From NCBI GenBank assembly GCA_043228905.1, contig JBHGNT010000017.1:9176001-9240000 (forward strand): 64,000 bases of DNA. The letters run 5' to 3'. Within the stretch, counting starts at the first letter, position 1; each line of letters opens with the position of its first letter. This document shows positions 13,949 to 26,027 of the stretch, one piece after another. A program made the position numbers and the translations under genes. The notes under the pieces are model-generated. The model was not told the origin of the DNA. It worked only from the letters and a program-made list of their open reading frames with translations, and searched no databases. The stretch comes from Azolla caroliniana (lineage: Eukaryota; Plantae; Polypodiophyta).

Positions 13949-14521
13949 ATGGAAACGACAAGGGGACACCACCTAGCAGTCATGGCTAAGGCAGTCGACT
14001 CTAATGACAGGGCAATGCAACTACCATGCTTCGCCGATGACATACCTTTAACGGTGGTAATCGACACCGGAGCATCACTAACTCTTTTCTCCTTCGAGAC
14101 ATGGGGACGTCTAGGTTGCCCAGACCTCGAAGTATGCAATGATAACTTCCACAGCTTCGATGGTTCCACATCATGCTACCTCGGAACCTTCGTGTTTAAC
14201 ATCAAGACAAAATACAGAGACCACTCAATCCGAGTTCGGGTACTCCCACCGGAAATGATGTACACCCAGTGCCTCCTCGGTTTGGATTGGTATCACATAA
14301 GCGAATGCCTCCTGTTGCCAAGCAAGAACATCCTCTCCTTCCAAACGGCAAATGGGGTGAGGTTCGAGAAACTCATTGCAACAACACTCGAATCACGTCC
14401 CACTGATCTTGACGAAGTCCAAAGCGTGAAACTTCCCAACCAAAAAGAACGCGCACAACCACCGACCACCCGCGACCAGAGCAACACTAACATCAGAACA
14501 AGGACAACCGCACCACGCTAA
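13949..14521 (+). CDS. Second retropepsin-like aspartic protease ORF, 3' of integrase
   Basis: Open 190-aa ORF with VVIDTGASLTLFS, flap-like SFDGS and C-terminal CLLGLDW. Confidence 0.75.
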   Translation: METTRGHHLAVMAKAVDSNDRAMQLPCFADDIPLTVVIDTGASLTLFSFETWGRLGCPDLEVCNDNFHSFDGSTSCYLGTFVFNIKTKYRDHSIRVRVLPPEMMYTQCLLGLDWYHISECLLLPSKNILSFQTANGVRFEKLIATTLESRPTDLDEVQSVKLPNQKERAQPPTTRDQSNTNIRTRTTAPR

Positions 14522-17500
14522 TGGGTGAACATCCACGCGATTTTCGTTGAAGGACCACAACGCGGAGAACGTGCTATTTGGTGAGTCAAAAAAGCACTCA
14601 CAAACACGCAAGGTTGGCACGAAGGCGCCACTAGCTTCTGGGTTCCGAAAAGAAGCCAGCTTCCCACCCACAACCATACCACGACTACACGGGACACCCG
14701 ACAACTGCGCACATCGATCAAATACCCCGCCCAGGTTAAGGCCATAGAACTCGACCGGACTAAATAGTTAGGAGGTCGAATGCCCCATGAAAGTACTTCA
14801 CAGGCCCTCCTCGTCCCTTTGACAAAGACATCACGGGTCTGGGTCCTTAAAAGTATACAAAGACCCTCGTACAACACACCCCCCACACCCACCCACCCCT
14901 AAAGTTCTCCCAAAAACTCCTAAATTTCCCAAACTCTCACGAAACCCCCGGTGGACGCCCGTCCAACTCTACCGTCCACATATAAACCTTGGCCCACCCC
15001 ACACCCTTTTAGCCCTGCCCCCTACCTTATGCCATTCCGATCATCACCTACTCGACCCATCTTTTCCCATGACCTCTGTTACCGCACCCGGTAGACAATA
15101 ATCTATGCCCGCAGTTTGCATTCTTTTGCTATAAGTACTAGTATTTACAATCCCCGAGTTTCCCTTTAGTTTTCAGGGCACCGTGAGCGATTATTTTTTA
15201 TTATGGTTGATCTATTGATTGGCTCCACTCGTTCTTTTACATGTTATGTTGCATGGTAGTCTCAGGTTCTCTTTTTCTTTTGTTTTTGTTTTTGTTGTTG
15301 TTTTCTTGTTCGTGTACTGTTTTTTTTCTCTTCCCTGTCTCTCTTTTCCTCTCGTGCCCCTTTCTGTTTTCTTCATCACTCTTCATCTCCCCCCTATGCT
15401 TGCGCTCCAGCCCCTGCTCGTTGCACACTCCCTACCTCTGTTTTGCGTCCATCCACCCCCCGCCTCGCCTTCCGCGCATCCCTTCTAGCTACTGCCTCCC
15501 CCTCAGGTAGACCTAACACTCTCTCCTCTATTTTTTGATTGATTTGTTTGGTTGTTTCTTTTTCTCCCTCCCCCTGCGCTCTCGACCTTCTACGCCCCCC
15601 TTCTAACCACCACCTCCTCCTCCGGTAGAACTAATACTCTATCCTCTATTTTTTGATTGATTTGTTTGATCGTTTTTTCTCCCTCCCCCTACCCTCTCGA
15701 ACCCCGACAACGTCATACCCTTCACCTCCTCCTATGGCAGCCATGATAGCCGCCGCACCGTTTTCCCCCACCCTCTTGTCATTGGCGGTCGTATCGGGCC
15801 GCTTCACGAGCGGCCTCGTCGTGACAGGAACTTCGCGTTCCCGATGAACAACGCTCGGCCACAACCGAGTCTAAAAACAAACACAGAAAAACGGGTAATG
15901 AATGCACGACACAGTGAAGAGAAGAGTACACAGGATGTTTACGTGAAAAACCCAAACAAGGGGAAAAACCACGGCAGCCCACAGGCTGCAAACTATCACT
16001 ATGTTACAATGTAAAACAGTGAAGCACCGAGGCAACAACCTCGAGCTTTCTATCTTCGCCATAGGCGACGGTTACAACAGAGGCAGCGACCTCTTCCTCT
16101 CTCTCTCTCTCTCTGTACATTGTTACGCGCTCTCTAGTCTTGCACCAACAAGAATGACAACTACATCACTAAGTTGGCCCTAAGTTGTTGAGAGACAAGC
16201 TAAACATCGGCCGGATCGGCTGAAGAAGCCGAGGACCGGATCGGTTGGGACCGATCGGTTAGGCCAAATGCGTAAACCGGTACACAAACCGGTGCGTAGA
16301 TAGGGCCGGATCGGTGCATAAACCGGGACGCCGTTAGGAAAGATATTCCGTGAGGAATATATTTGGGAGTTAGTGTAAGAGCTTAAAGAGCATTGAAGTA
16401 CGGTCAGTACTTCGGTCAGTCCTTCGAGGACTTGTATAAAAGTGTTCATTGAACACACATATGTATAGAGTGTGGTGAATAGAGATTGAGTACCCTTTTT
16501 GAATATAGTTCTTGTTTTTCCTCTCCCTCTCTTACTCTCTCTGTCTCTCCCGCGTATACTGCGTAAGCTCAAGCTCTCCATTAAACCTGAGTTTTCTTCC
16601 TTCTGTTCGGTCTTCATACTTGCTTCCGCACGTTACTTTTTACATGGTATCAGAGCCCGACGGTTGAGAACCTCTCTACAGCCGACACAGCTTGACGAAG
16701 AAGAACAAGAAGAACGATGGATAGAGGCATGGCGAGCTCGCTTCCAACAGAGAAGCTCGACAGAACCAACTACGCGTCTTGGTCCTACAAGATGCACCAG
16801 TACCTGCTCGGGCACGGCTACTGGAGTTATGTCGAAGGAGCTAATGACGCGGCACCCGAATCGACACACCGAGACTTCCCGTCGTGGGATCAATCGGCGA
16901 GCAGGGTATTATACTGCTTCGCGTCGTGTGTGGGCGAATAGCTATTGAGCTATGTTCGGGATGCAAAGACGCCAAAGGGTGCGTGGGAAAATCTGAAGAA
17001 GATTTTCGCCGCGAGCACCACAGCCAAGAAGCTTCAGCTCCAACAAGAGTTGAGCAACCTACGACAACGCGACTTGTCGATGGCGGACTATACCTCGAAG
17101 ATCAAGGATATCTGCGACTCCCTCGCCTCCATAGAGGTGAACATCGAGGAGACCGAGATGGTCCAGATCTGTCTCGGAGGTTTGGCGTCGAAGTTCGGAG
17201 CGTTCCGAACGGTTGTGTGTACCCGGGAGAATACACCGTCCTTTTTCGACTTACAGTCGATGCTCCTGGTAGAGGAGAACCACGCGGGTGCGTCGACGAG
17301 CACACACACCGATAGCAAGATGTTGTACACAGAGCGAGAAAGGCCCTGTGGTCGTGGCGGACGAGGCGAGTCGGTACGCAATGGAAGCGGCCGACGAGAT
17401 CAAGGAAGAAGGCACCGAAGTGATGCCGACAGCAACTCCGGACCCTCCGGAAACAGGGGGGGTCGAAGCGATGAGAACCGGCAAGGGAAGGCCATCGCGG

Positions 17501-18093
17501 AGTGCTGGTACTGTGGCAAGAAAGGCCAAAAGGAAAGTGAGTGCTGAAAGAATCGTGCCGATTCTGAGAGAACCAGTTCCGGAAACGGCTCTGGACATAC
17601 CGACAAGGGAAATCGGCAGCAATCGCACTACGCTGTCGCGAAGATTCGCGCGTGCGTGTGCTACTCGAGCGACCACCGGGGTCTTGGACTGGGGAGGATG
17701 ATCGCGGAATTATCGACGCTAGATGACGATCAATGTAAGATTAAATGAAAATGGTTTACTTGAGAAGAAGAAAAATTGTACACTTGAGAAGTAGAAAAAT
17801 ATGAAGAAGATAAAGACAAATATTATATTGATGATAATGGTGTTGGTGATATCACATATTGAGCCCCCCTTACACAAGCCCAACTAGAGGCTTTTATAGG
17901 TCTTTCCATGCTCGTGACATGCACATAACCATGGGCTAAAACCATGGTTTTGTGCACACGGTTTTGCTTATGTCATGCACAAACCATGGGTTTAAAACCA
18001 TGGTTTTGTGCACATGGTTTTCTATGGTTGTTTCGTATATAATTTGTATATGAAAAGGAAATACATAAATTTTACACTATGTGATAGTTGTCC

Positions 18094-18141
18094 TAGTGGT
18101 AAGGCAATTATCTTGTATCTTAGAGGTGCAAAGTTCAAACC
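18094..18141 (+). promoter_or_regulatory. tRNA-like Pol III A-box/B-box cassette in element A LTR (second copy 20971-21018)
   Basis: TAGTGGTAAGG-N18-GAGGTGCAAAGTTCAAACC, antisense to the element. Confidence 0.6.
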
Positions 18142-18417
18142 TTGCTTGCACCCCTCTGTATGAACTCAAGTGCCACTAGGCCTTAGGAGGCTTATTTGCT
18201 AAGTGTATGTGCAATGTTGCACATCCTTGGTTTATTCGTCTCACTCGGTTTCACACCGTAGCCGAAAATCGTCACGACATCCACCCCCACCAAACCCGCA
18301 CATCCTCCGGTATGTGCCAAGAAAGGTGAAGAGGTGAGATCTTTGGCAACGGTGATCAACCGAGTTCCTCTGCACGCTCGTCGACTTCATCTTCCACTTC
18401 GAGTATGCGCAATCTTT

Positions 18418-20466
18418 CTAACCGAACCACCGTAGCCACCCGATCCACCATATCCGGCGCTCACACCTTCTTCCCCGATCGGTTGTAGTAGATCTACCGA
18501 ACGATGTCATCGATACGACCGCTCTTCCTTCGTCCACCGCGCGTGTCCTTCGATTGGACTCCTGGCCACTCCTCACGCTCACCGTCTTCAACTGGGTATT
18601 GTAGATCGTTCGTGTCGATCTCCGATTAGGCCGGGTTTGCCCTTGTCCGGATCGGTCTCCACCGATCGCTTCTTGGCTTGGTTGGCCTTCGTCTGCATTC
18701 ACATTTCCCCGAGTCGGGCTCGACCAATTGATTCTGGCTGGGTCGGCCCCCTTTTGGATCGGAATCGTTCGATCGATTTTCGCCGAATCAGGTTTCGGCC
18801 GGGTCGGCCCCGGTCGATCGGCTCCCATGTGGATCTTCCTTCGTTCGGGTCGGAATCCCGGCCGGATCGTCTTCCGGTTCAACCGGTTCTCGACTCTTCC
18901 TTCCTTCCTGCATGCAACCTCTCCATCGAACTCAACCGCAGCTTCATCCTTGGCCTCCACGTCGGCCATATCCTTCCCTCCATGTATGCTCGCCGCGAGC
19001 CATATTGTCTCCTCTTCGCCACCTCCTTTATCTTCGGTCTTATGCCGACACACGGTCTCGACTGCCGAAGTCTCCGGAACCGGTGTGAAGGAATCCCTTC
19101 GCTCATGCACATTTACCTTGTCTTCTTCATCGCCCTTCCGGTCGTCCTCTTTTTTGTCCACACATTCCGTCTCTCTGGTCTCACATTGGCGCACGTGCAC
19201 AACCGCCGAAGTCTCTAGAATAGGTGTGGGGATATCCTTTCTTCCTCGATCTTCTTCCTCCTTGTGTTGGGCCTTCGTCTTCTCGTCACCACCTTCCGTC
19301 TCTCCGGTCTCACGTTGGCACATGGGCGCAACCGCCGAAGTCTCTGGAACAAGCGTGAAGAAAGTGTCGACATGGCTATCCGTCGTCGACTCATCCATAG
19401 CCACCTCCGACTCGATGTCGTTTGTCATGGCTACCTCCTCAATCTCTTCAGACTCAAACACTTTTTCTCCCTCGATCATGCAAGATTTTCTCATGCTTGC
19501 GCCGTCATCACCCGATGTTTCGTACACAATGCGTGTTCGGAAACATTTATCCTCCCTCGAAGTGGCGTTCGCCGTCCTCGAGTCATCGGCCTCCTCCTTC
19601 GCCGTCGTTTCTTTGTAAGACAAGAAGGTGACTTGTTTCACACCTTCTCTCTCGGTACCGTCATACCGAACCAGAGCCTTTGTATCGGCCACTTCATTAA
19701 CCCGCATTTGTTGGGAGGTCTCTTCTTCCTCGATCACCATTCGCCTCGGTTTTGTCTCCCTTCTAAGCTTCATTTCTTTTGTTGGTGGTGCGTTGTTGCA
19801 TCTCGTCCCTCTTCGATCGTCCCTCATGGGCCGTCTTGTTGTCGTCGATATTCTCGCTTGCCCCTTATCGTGTAGTCGGCATACACTTTCCACTTTGCTC
19901 CAATCCTCGATGAGGCCATTTGCACCATCATCTTCTTCGAGTTTGAGGCCGATCGCCATCCTTTCCATTCGATCGATTGACTTCACAAACATAAGGACCT
20001 TATCGACCCCCACCAATCTTTGTTCCCGCTCCGACAATTGAGAAAAATGATGCTCGAAGTCTACGAATGCTTGTGTCGCACCTTGGTAGGTCTTCGCTGA
20101 TGTCACCCATTGGTCGAAGTTGCGTCGATCTTGTCCCTTTAGTCTCTCATAGTCATATTCCTCCAATAGAGCCTTCTCGAAAGTCGCCCACGAATCATGA
20201 GCTTCTAGAAGCTCTTCTACATCTTTGAAGATCGGTTGAGACACCACCCGACAAAAGTACTCTAGCCTCATAGCTTTGTCCACACCTCTTGAATCCATCT
20301 CCGCATTGTAGACTTTTAGGAAACTTTGGACTTCGGCACCGTTGAAATAGCTCATTCGTTCGACTACCTTGTCGACGGCTTGTTGGGCTTCATTTCTTCT
20401 TTTCCCTTCTCTCAGAAACTCCATCATCCTTCTTGACATTGCCTCCATGAGATATTCGACATCCAT
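18418..20466 (-). CDS. Gag-like protein, 682 aa: capsid-like N-terminus plus long charged low-complexity tail
   Basis: Uninterrupted ORF starting about 20 nt after the PBS. N-terminal ~210 aa align by eye with the Gag of element B (FNGAEVQSFL/FNGKDVSRYL, DKVLMFVKSID/DKVIMFLRAVD). Confidence 0.85.
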   Translation of the reverse strand: MDVEYLMEAMSRRMMEFLREGKRRNEAQQAVDKVVERMSYFNGAEVQSFLKVYNAEMDSRGVDKAMRLEYFCRVVSQPIFKDVEELLEAHDSWATFEKALLEEYDYERLKGQDRRNFDQWVTSAKTYQGATQAFVDFEHHFSQLSEREQRLVGVDKVLMFVKSIDRMERMAIGLKLEEDDGANGLIEDWSKVESVCRLHDKGQARISTTTRRPMRDDRRGTRCNNAPPTKEMKLRRETKPRRMVIEEEETSQQMRVNEVADTKALVRYDGTEREGVKQVTFLSYKETTAKEEADDSRTANATSREDKCFRTRIVYETSGDDGASMRKSCMIEGEKVFESEEIEEVAMTNDIESEVAMDESTTDSHVDTFFTLVPETSAVAPMCQRETGETEGGDEKTKAQHKEEEDRGRKDIPTPILETSAVVHVRQCETRETECVDKKEDDRKGDEEDKVNVHERRDSFTPVPETSAVETVCRHKTEDKGGGEEETIWLAASIHGGKDMADVEAKDEAAVEFDGEVACRKEGRVENRLNRKTIRPGFRPERRKIHMGADRPGPTRPKPDSAKIDRTIPIQKGADPARINWSSPTRGNVNADEGQPSQEAIGGDRSGQGQTRPNRRSTRTIYNTQLKTVSVRSGQESNRRTRAVDEGRAVVSMTSFGRSTTTDRGRRCERRIWWIGWLRWFG

Positions 20467-20487
20467 CTTCGTCCTCCCCTGCTGCTC

Positions 20488-20505
20488 TTCACGTCGGGTT
20501 CACCA
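20488..20505 (-). other. Primer-binding site, tRNA-Trp (element A)
   Basis: TGGTGAACCCGACGTGAA, complementary to the plant tRNA-Trp 3' end as recalled, and identical to 23954-23971. Confidence 0.85.
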
Positions 20506-22400
20506 AATGATGTCGCGAAGATTCGCGCGTGCGTGTGCTACTCGAGCGACCACCGGGGTCTTGGACTGGGGAGGATGATCGCGGAATTATCGACGCTAGA
20601 TGACGATCAATGTAAGATTAAATGAAAATGGTTTACTTGAGAAGAAGAAAAATTGTACACTTGAGAAGTAGAAAAATATGAAGAAGATAAAGACAAATAT
20701 TATATTGATGATAATGGTGTTGGTGATATCACATATTGAGCCCCCCTTACACAAGCCCAACTAGAGGCTTTTATAGGTCTTTCCATGCTCGTGACATGCA
20801 CAAAACCATGGGCTAAAACCATGGTTTTGTGCACACGGTTTTGCTTATGTCATGCACAAACCATGGGTTTAAAACCATGGTTTTGTGCACATGGTTTTCT
20901 ATGGTTGTTTCGTCTATAATTTGTATATGAAAAGGAAATACATAAATTTTACACTATGTGATAGTTGTCCTAGTGGTAAGGCAATTATCTTGTATCTTAG
21001 AGGTGCAAAGTTCAAACCTTGCTTGCACCCCTCTGTATGAACTCAAGTGCCACTAGGCCTTAGGAGGCTTATTTGCTAAGTGTATGTGCAATGTTGCACA
21101 TCCTTGGTTTATTCGTCTCACTCGGTTTCACACCATAGCCGAAAATCGTCACGACAACGCCGAAGACTCCGGGAGAGCCGGAGAAGGGTCAGCCTTCCTG
21201 ACGAGACACGAAGCAAACTCAATGAAACGGACAACCCCGAGATCGGACGAGGTGTGGTACGTAGACTCCGGCGCGTCAAACCACATGACGAGCCATAAGG
21301 AGTGGTTCTCGTACCTTGAAAAACCGATACAACCTGGAGTAGTCGCAACTGGAGACGACACTCCACATTCGATCGCGAATGTCGGAGAAGTTCCCCTTAG
21401 CCATGTCAGGCAGAAAGGGAAACTCATGAATGTGTTGCACATTCCGAAAATCACAAAGAACTTGGTCTCGGTCGGATAGATCATCGACCAAGGGATGGAG
21501 GTTCGGTTTACACACCTCGGGTGCTTCATTGAGGAAGAAGGCCGTGTGATTGCGCAAGGGGGCAGAGACGGGAGGATGTTCATCCTCGATTCCACTGACG
21601 GCGGCACCACAATTTTCGCGAAGGGACAAAAATCTGAGTCGGACATCGACTTGTGGCACAAGCAGATAGGCCACCTCAACTACCATCGGCTTCAAGATCT
21701 GCAATCGAAACAGGTAGTGTTCAGATTGCCCAAATTTAGTGGCCGAAAGGCACAAATTTGTGAAGCCTGCCAGCTCGGGAAGCAACACCGACTTCCTTTC
21801 CCCAACGAGCGAAACCGGAGCCGGAACAAGCTCGACCTTATACACTCCGATGTATGGGGGCCTGCACAAAACGTTAGTCTTGGCGGGAGCCGATATTTCG
21901 TCTCCTTCATCGACGACCACACGCGTCACACGTGGATCTACCTCATTGAGAGGAAGAGCGAAGTCTTCGACTGTTTCCGGGACCTCAAAGGGTTCGTGGA
22001 AACGGAAACGGGACGAAAGATCAAGTGCCTGCGGTCAGATGGCGGGAAAGAGTACTTTTCTGGTCAATTCAATGGTTACCTACAACAAATGTGAATTCGG
22101 CGAGAATTCAGTTGTAGATACACGCCGGAGCAGAACGGCGTGGCCGAGAGGAAGAATCGGTCAGTTGTGGAAGCGGCACGAGCAATGCTGGAGGAGAAGA
22201 GCTTGCCCAAGTTCTACTGGGCCGAGGCGGTAAGGACCGCGGTATACATCCAGAACCGGATCGGAGACAAAGTGTCGGCGCACGAGCTATATTTCGGAAC
22301 GAAGCCGAACTTGCGACACTTGAGAGTGTTCAGTAGCATTGCGTATATGCATGTACCGAAGGAGAAAAGGAGGAAGCTGGACACAAAGGCTCAGAAATGC

Positions 22401-22818
22401 TGTTACCGGCCGGCAAGGAGTCCAAAATACGGAGTGAAGGAATTAATTTAGTATGGTTGTAAATAAGCATAGTGTGGACGGACGGACTGGAAACGGTATG
22501 CCGTTCCAGATCCGGATGGATCCCGAATAGGTGCGATAGGCACCGTTTTGTACTACGGGCCGGAAACCTATTTAAAGGCCCGGACCCCATTGTAATCGCA
22601 GCGGATAATTAATAGAGCTTATGGTGTTTATACTTCTGTCTGATTTCCGTTCTGTAATTATTGTTATATCTTACGCGTGTAATTAACCAAAGCATTCTAA
22701 TCGTGTAACTTACGTAAGTCGGTGTAATCGTTGAATCTTAATCCTATGTCGCAATCACCCTTTGGTGAAGTGTCTCCGTGACACCTTGTGTTAGGCCTTG
22801 TCCGGCCAGCGAATAACA
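22401..22818 (+). mobile_element. Solo LTR, family Y (418 bp), inside copia C integrase
   Basis: TGTTA...TAACA ends, perfect TSD AATGC, CTATTTAAA TATA-like box; the copia reading KC|ILVGY resumes afterwards. Confidence 0.9.
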
Positions 22819-23251
22819 AATGCATCTTGGTCGGTTACTCGGATGAGTAGAAGGGTTATAAGTGCTATAACCCTCGCACCAAACAAGCGCGTGGCAGCCG
22901 CGACGTTGTGTTTGACGAGTCCGCGTCCTGGTACCAGCCCCCGACTCCGAACCCGGACTCCAATCCGAGCTCTGACGATGAGGTCAGAGAGGCCGAGATG
23001 CCTCCGGATGAGCCCGAAATTGAGACCCGCGAAGAGAGTCCGATTTCACTCCGTTTAAGTGGACCGATTGGACGACTAAGTCGGTACGATCATTCCGATG
23101 AAGGGCCGGCGAGTAGTGGAGACTCGGTTGTGCATTCCCCGCGCAGGAAGCCGAGGAGACGGCTTACGCTGTCGTAGTGTAGGTTGCACACTATGTGGAA
23201 ATTATATTTTTGTCCCTCCGGATAGAGAATGGAGTGCTCGGTGAGAACCGG

Positions 23252-23400
23252 AAGAAAACGGCATACCGGCAAGGAGGGAAAACGGCATACCGGCAAGAAG
23301 GAAGAAAACGGCATACCGGCAAGGAGGGAAAACGGCATACCGGCAAGGAGGAAAAACGGCATACCGGCAAGGAAGAAAACGGCATACCGGCAAGGAAGAG
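23252..23400 (+). repeat. Tandem repeat AAAACGGCATACCGGCAAG(GAG) x6 in U3 of element B (copy at ~29699-29847)
   Basis: Six directly visible units of ~24-28 bp in each LTR. Confidence 0.9.
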
Positions 23401-23458
23401 CCGGATAAAGAGACATAAATGTAAAAAGAAAGGAAATACTCACTACTGCGCAGGGCGT

Positions 23459-23506
23459 GATTCGAACTCTGCACCTCCACGTTGACAAACCCCAACCTTA
23501 CCATTA
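23459..23506 (-). promoter_or_regulatory. tRNA-like Pol III A-box/B-box cassette in element B LTR (second copy 29906-29953)
   Basis: Minus strand TAATGGTAAGG-N18-GAGGTGCAGAGTTCGAATC, with a T5 run about 35 nt downstream. Confidence 0.6.
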
Positions 23507-23953
23507 CATATGAAAAAGAAAAACGCGAGACACTAAAAATAACTCATGCACATCTAGCGTGCATGAGCCCTATACTTAGGAAATAAAAAAGCATCACATG
23601 CACATTTAGTGGACAGGAACACTAAAAAAAAAAAAGCATGAAGCCATGCTTAGCTCTTCCTTCCTTATATAAGGAGGAGAGAAATATGTAAAGGGTTGTT
23701 GATTATTTGGATTAAGTATTAATTAATACAAAAATTATTCGTGGGATTCACGATTTATACGTCTACTTCTCTCTTAACACCCTAAGTACCAATTAATATA
23801 GTATACTCGTGTGATTCACGAGTTTCTTATCTTTCTCTTCGTTATTTATTCATAATTAATCTCTATCTCACGAACTTCTTTCTCCTAGTCCAAGACCTCT
23901 GTGGTTCCCACCCGACTCACGCAACGATCCGGAGCCGAAAGGCACGACACAGT

Positions 23954-23971
23954 TGGTGAACCCGACGTGAA
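23954..23971 (+). other. Primer-binding site, tRNA-Trp (element B)
   Basis: TGGTGAACCCGACGTGAA, 4 nt after the 5' LTR end. Confidence 0.88.
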
Positions 23972-23987
23972 GACGGGTGGCAAGGAG

Positions 23988-26027
23988 ATGGAGGCTCAAC
24001 AAGCTAACAATATGATGGCGATGTTCGAACGGATGCTTCAAGAACAACGCACGATGTCGGAGATTTCGGCATCAGTAGAGCGGCTCGTGCAACGCAACGG
24101 GCAATTTAATGGTAAGGATGTGTCGCGATATTTGCAGGACTACAAAGCGGAGATGCTCCGGTGCCGGGCTTCGGAAGGACTGCAAGTGACATCCTTTAAC
24201 CGGGTGGCGACCGACGGGCTTCAAGGGAGTATCCACGGGTTGCAACAACAAAATCCGACGTGGGAAGCATTCGAAGGGGCGTTAAAGACCACGTTTGCCA
24301 TCGAGGACTCCTCCAAGGCAACGCGGAGGGGATTCGAGGATTGGGTGGAAACGTCAGGTAAGGGGCTGAAGGTCCTCGAAGTGTTTTCGACATTCGAAAG
24401 TCGGTTCGGGAGGTTGTCCACGAGAGATCAAACTATTCTTGCACCGGACAAAGTCATCATGTTTTTGCGAGCTGTGGACGTCCGGGACCGGAAAGATCTC
24501 GGAGTGCTTCTTGAGGACACGACCACCGAAAGCGGCCTCACCGAAACATGGGAAAGCGTGCGGGATATCGTCGCGCGGTACACGAAGAGGGGGCAATGGC
24601 TTGCCAACGAAGAAAAGAGGGTTTCGGAACCGATTCCGAAACCGAGAACGGGACTGGAAGACCATCAACCGAGGGCTCGGGAGATTACGGCCGAGAAGGG
24701 AGTCGACGCGTCTACGGTGGAGCAGCTGCTGAAGGAGATGGAGAATCTAAAGATCGCGATGGTGAAGAAGTCGGATGATCGCCCCACAAGCTCCAAATAT
24801 ACGGATCGACGGTGCATATGGTGCGATAGCGCCGAACACGATCGGAGGGATTGCGACGACCATAAGGAGGCGCTACGACGGGATCTCATCTACTACGAGG
24901 GAAACCGGATTCATTCGATGGACTCTCGAAAGCCACTCCGACCGAACTTCCGGAAAGGCGGCATGAAGAAGGTGCTCGAGGAGGAGTTAGCGGCAAGAAG
25001 CAACTATGCGACAACCGCGGGAATATGTGTCGGGGAGTCAACGGGAGCGAAGGCGTCTTTCTGGCCGGAGGTGCTAGGAAACACCGAGAAAACCGACTCC
25101 AACGATATCCGAAACACCGCGGAAGGCGTCCGGGAAGCTACGGGATGGGAGTGCCCTGTCGACAAGAATAGCATATACGCCCTGTGTCAATTACATGAGG
25201 TGTATGTGGACGAGAAACGACGGCGCACGGAGGATGCGGCCGGACCATCGAAGATACCGGAAAGTTGGAACTCCGGAGGTAAGGGAAAAGAAAAGGCGAC
25301 TCCGGCATTCAAGCTCGCCTCGGACATAGAACAACAAACCGACTTGAAAAGAGTGTTCGAGGAAAGAATCTTGGATAGCCGGGTCGATTTTTCGCTGCGG
25401 GAACTACTCGGAATAGCGAAGAAGGAGTTTCACGATCTTCTCGTGGATCTCGTGAAAAGGAAGAGACAAAGTACGGAGGAAAATGCTCCAAGGGTGAATG
25501 CAAATACCGTTTCAATGAACGACACCGAAGTGGAAGGCGAAATTCCGAACTCCCACTATACAAGGCCACACTGGGCACGTGCGACCACGGAGACTCCGGT
25601 CCGAATCGGCAACATCAAAGAACCCGTGCTAGCATTGATTGATCACGGATCGGAGATCAACTTGATGTCCAAGGAGTTCTACCGAAAGGGGAAGTGGCCT
25701 ATAAACACCAACCATGGATGGAAGATTCGGGCAGCCACGAAAACGACAGAAGACCTATTTGCGGCTTGTCCGGATGTGACGGTAAAGATCGGGGATGTAG
25801 AAATTGACCAAAATTTCTTTGTGCAGGATGAGGTTTCACATGCTGTCATCCTCGGCCAACCCTTTATCACGGCTTCACGGATGGAGACGAAGGTGCTCGA
25901 TAGTGGTGCGGCTTTTGCGCGAATTCGGAGCCAAAACGGAGGGAAATCCGTCCAATTCCTAACGGTGCCGGCAAATCACGAAAGGAACAAGAGGGAACTC
26001 TTGTCCCAAGTGAGAATGGATTTTTAA
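23988..26027 (+). CDS. Element B Gag-protease polyprotein
   Basis: First ATG after the PBS; knuckle CIWCDSAEHDRRDC; protease LIDHGSEINLM...ILGQPF; stop TAA at 26025-26027. Confidence 0.9.
   Translation: MEAQQANNMMAMFERMLQEQRTMSEISASVERLVQRNGQFNGKDVSRYLQDYKAEMLRCRASEGLQVTSFNRVATDGLQGSIHGLQQQNPTWEAFEGALKTTFAIEDSSKATRRGFEDWVETSGKGLKVLEVFSTFESRFGRLSTRDQTILAPDKVIMFLRAVDVRDRKDLGVLLEDTTTESGLTETWESVRDIVARYTKRGQWLANEEKRVSEPIPKPRTGLEDHQPRAREITAEKGVDASTVEQLLKEMENLKIAMVKKSDDRPTSSKYTDRRCIWCDSAEHDRRDCDDHKEALRRDLIYYEGNRIHSMDSRKPLRPNFRKGGMKKVLEEELAARSNYATTAGICVGESTGAKASFWPEVLGNTEKTDSNDIRNTAEGVREATGWECPVDKNSIYALCQLHEVYVDEKRRRTEDAAGPSKIPESWNSGGKGKEKATPAFKLASDIEQQTDLKRVFEERILDSRVDFSLRELLGIAKKEFHDLLVDLVKRKRQSTEENAPRVNANTVSMNDTEVEGEIPNSHYTRPHWARATTETPVRIGNIKEPVLALIDHGSEINLMSKEFYRKGKWPINTNHGWKIRAATKTTEDLFAACPDVTVKIGDVEIDQNFFVQDEVSHAVILGQPFITASRMETKVLDSGAAFARIRSQNGGKSVQFLTVPANHERNKRELLSQVRMDF

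Larger units (their letters stand above)
17634..21156 (-). mobile_element. Non-autonomous Gag-only LTR retrotransposon (TR-GAG-like), element A
   Basis: 646-bp LTRs at 17634-18279 and 20511-21156 (about 3 differences by eye), TGTCG...CGACA ends, 4-bp TSD ACGC, PBS at 20488-20505, G-rich PPT from 18280, no pol. Confidence 0.93.

Noticed and set aside
1905-16185. Long inverted repeats flanking gypsy-1 pol, suggesting an inverted-repeat (DIRS-like) element
   Set aside because: Each repeat has its own TG...CA ends and TSD, so they are independent solo LTRs; the element has a DDE integrase and no tyrosine recombinase.
18637-20041. Long plus-strand ORFs (193-296 aa) opposite the Gag of A
   Set aside because: Ser/Phe-rich antisense shadows of a purine-rich coding strand, with no recognisable motifs.
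23090-23504. Repetitive ORFs in the B LTRs, also those at 1790-2230 and 33835-34380
   Set aside because: Produced by stop-free tandem repeats.
23444-23510. Functional tRNA-Asp gene (TTGTCAA loop) in the LTR of B
   Set aside because: Acceptor, anticodon and T stems do not pair; only the promoter boxes are retained.
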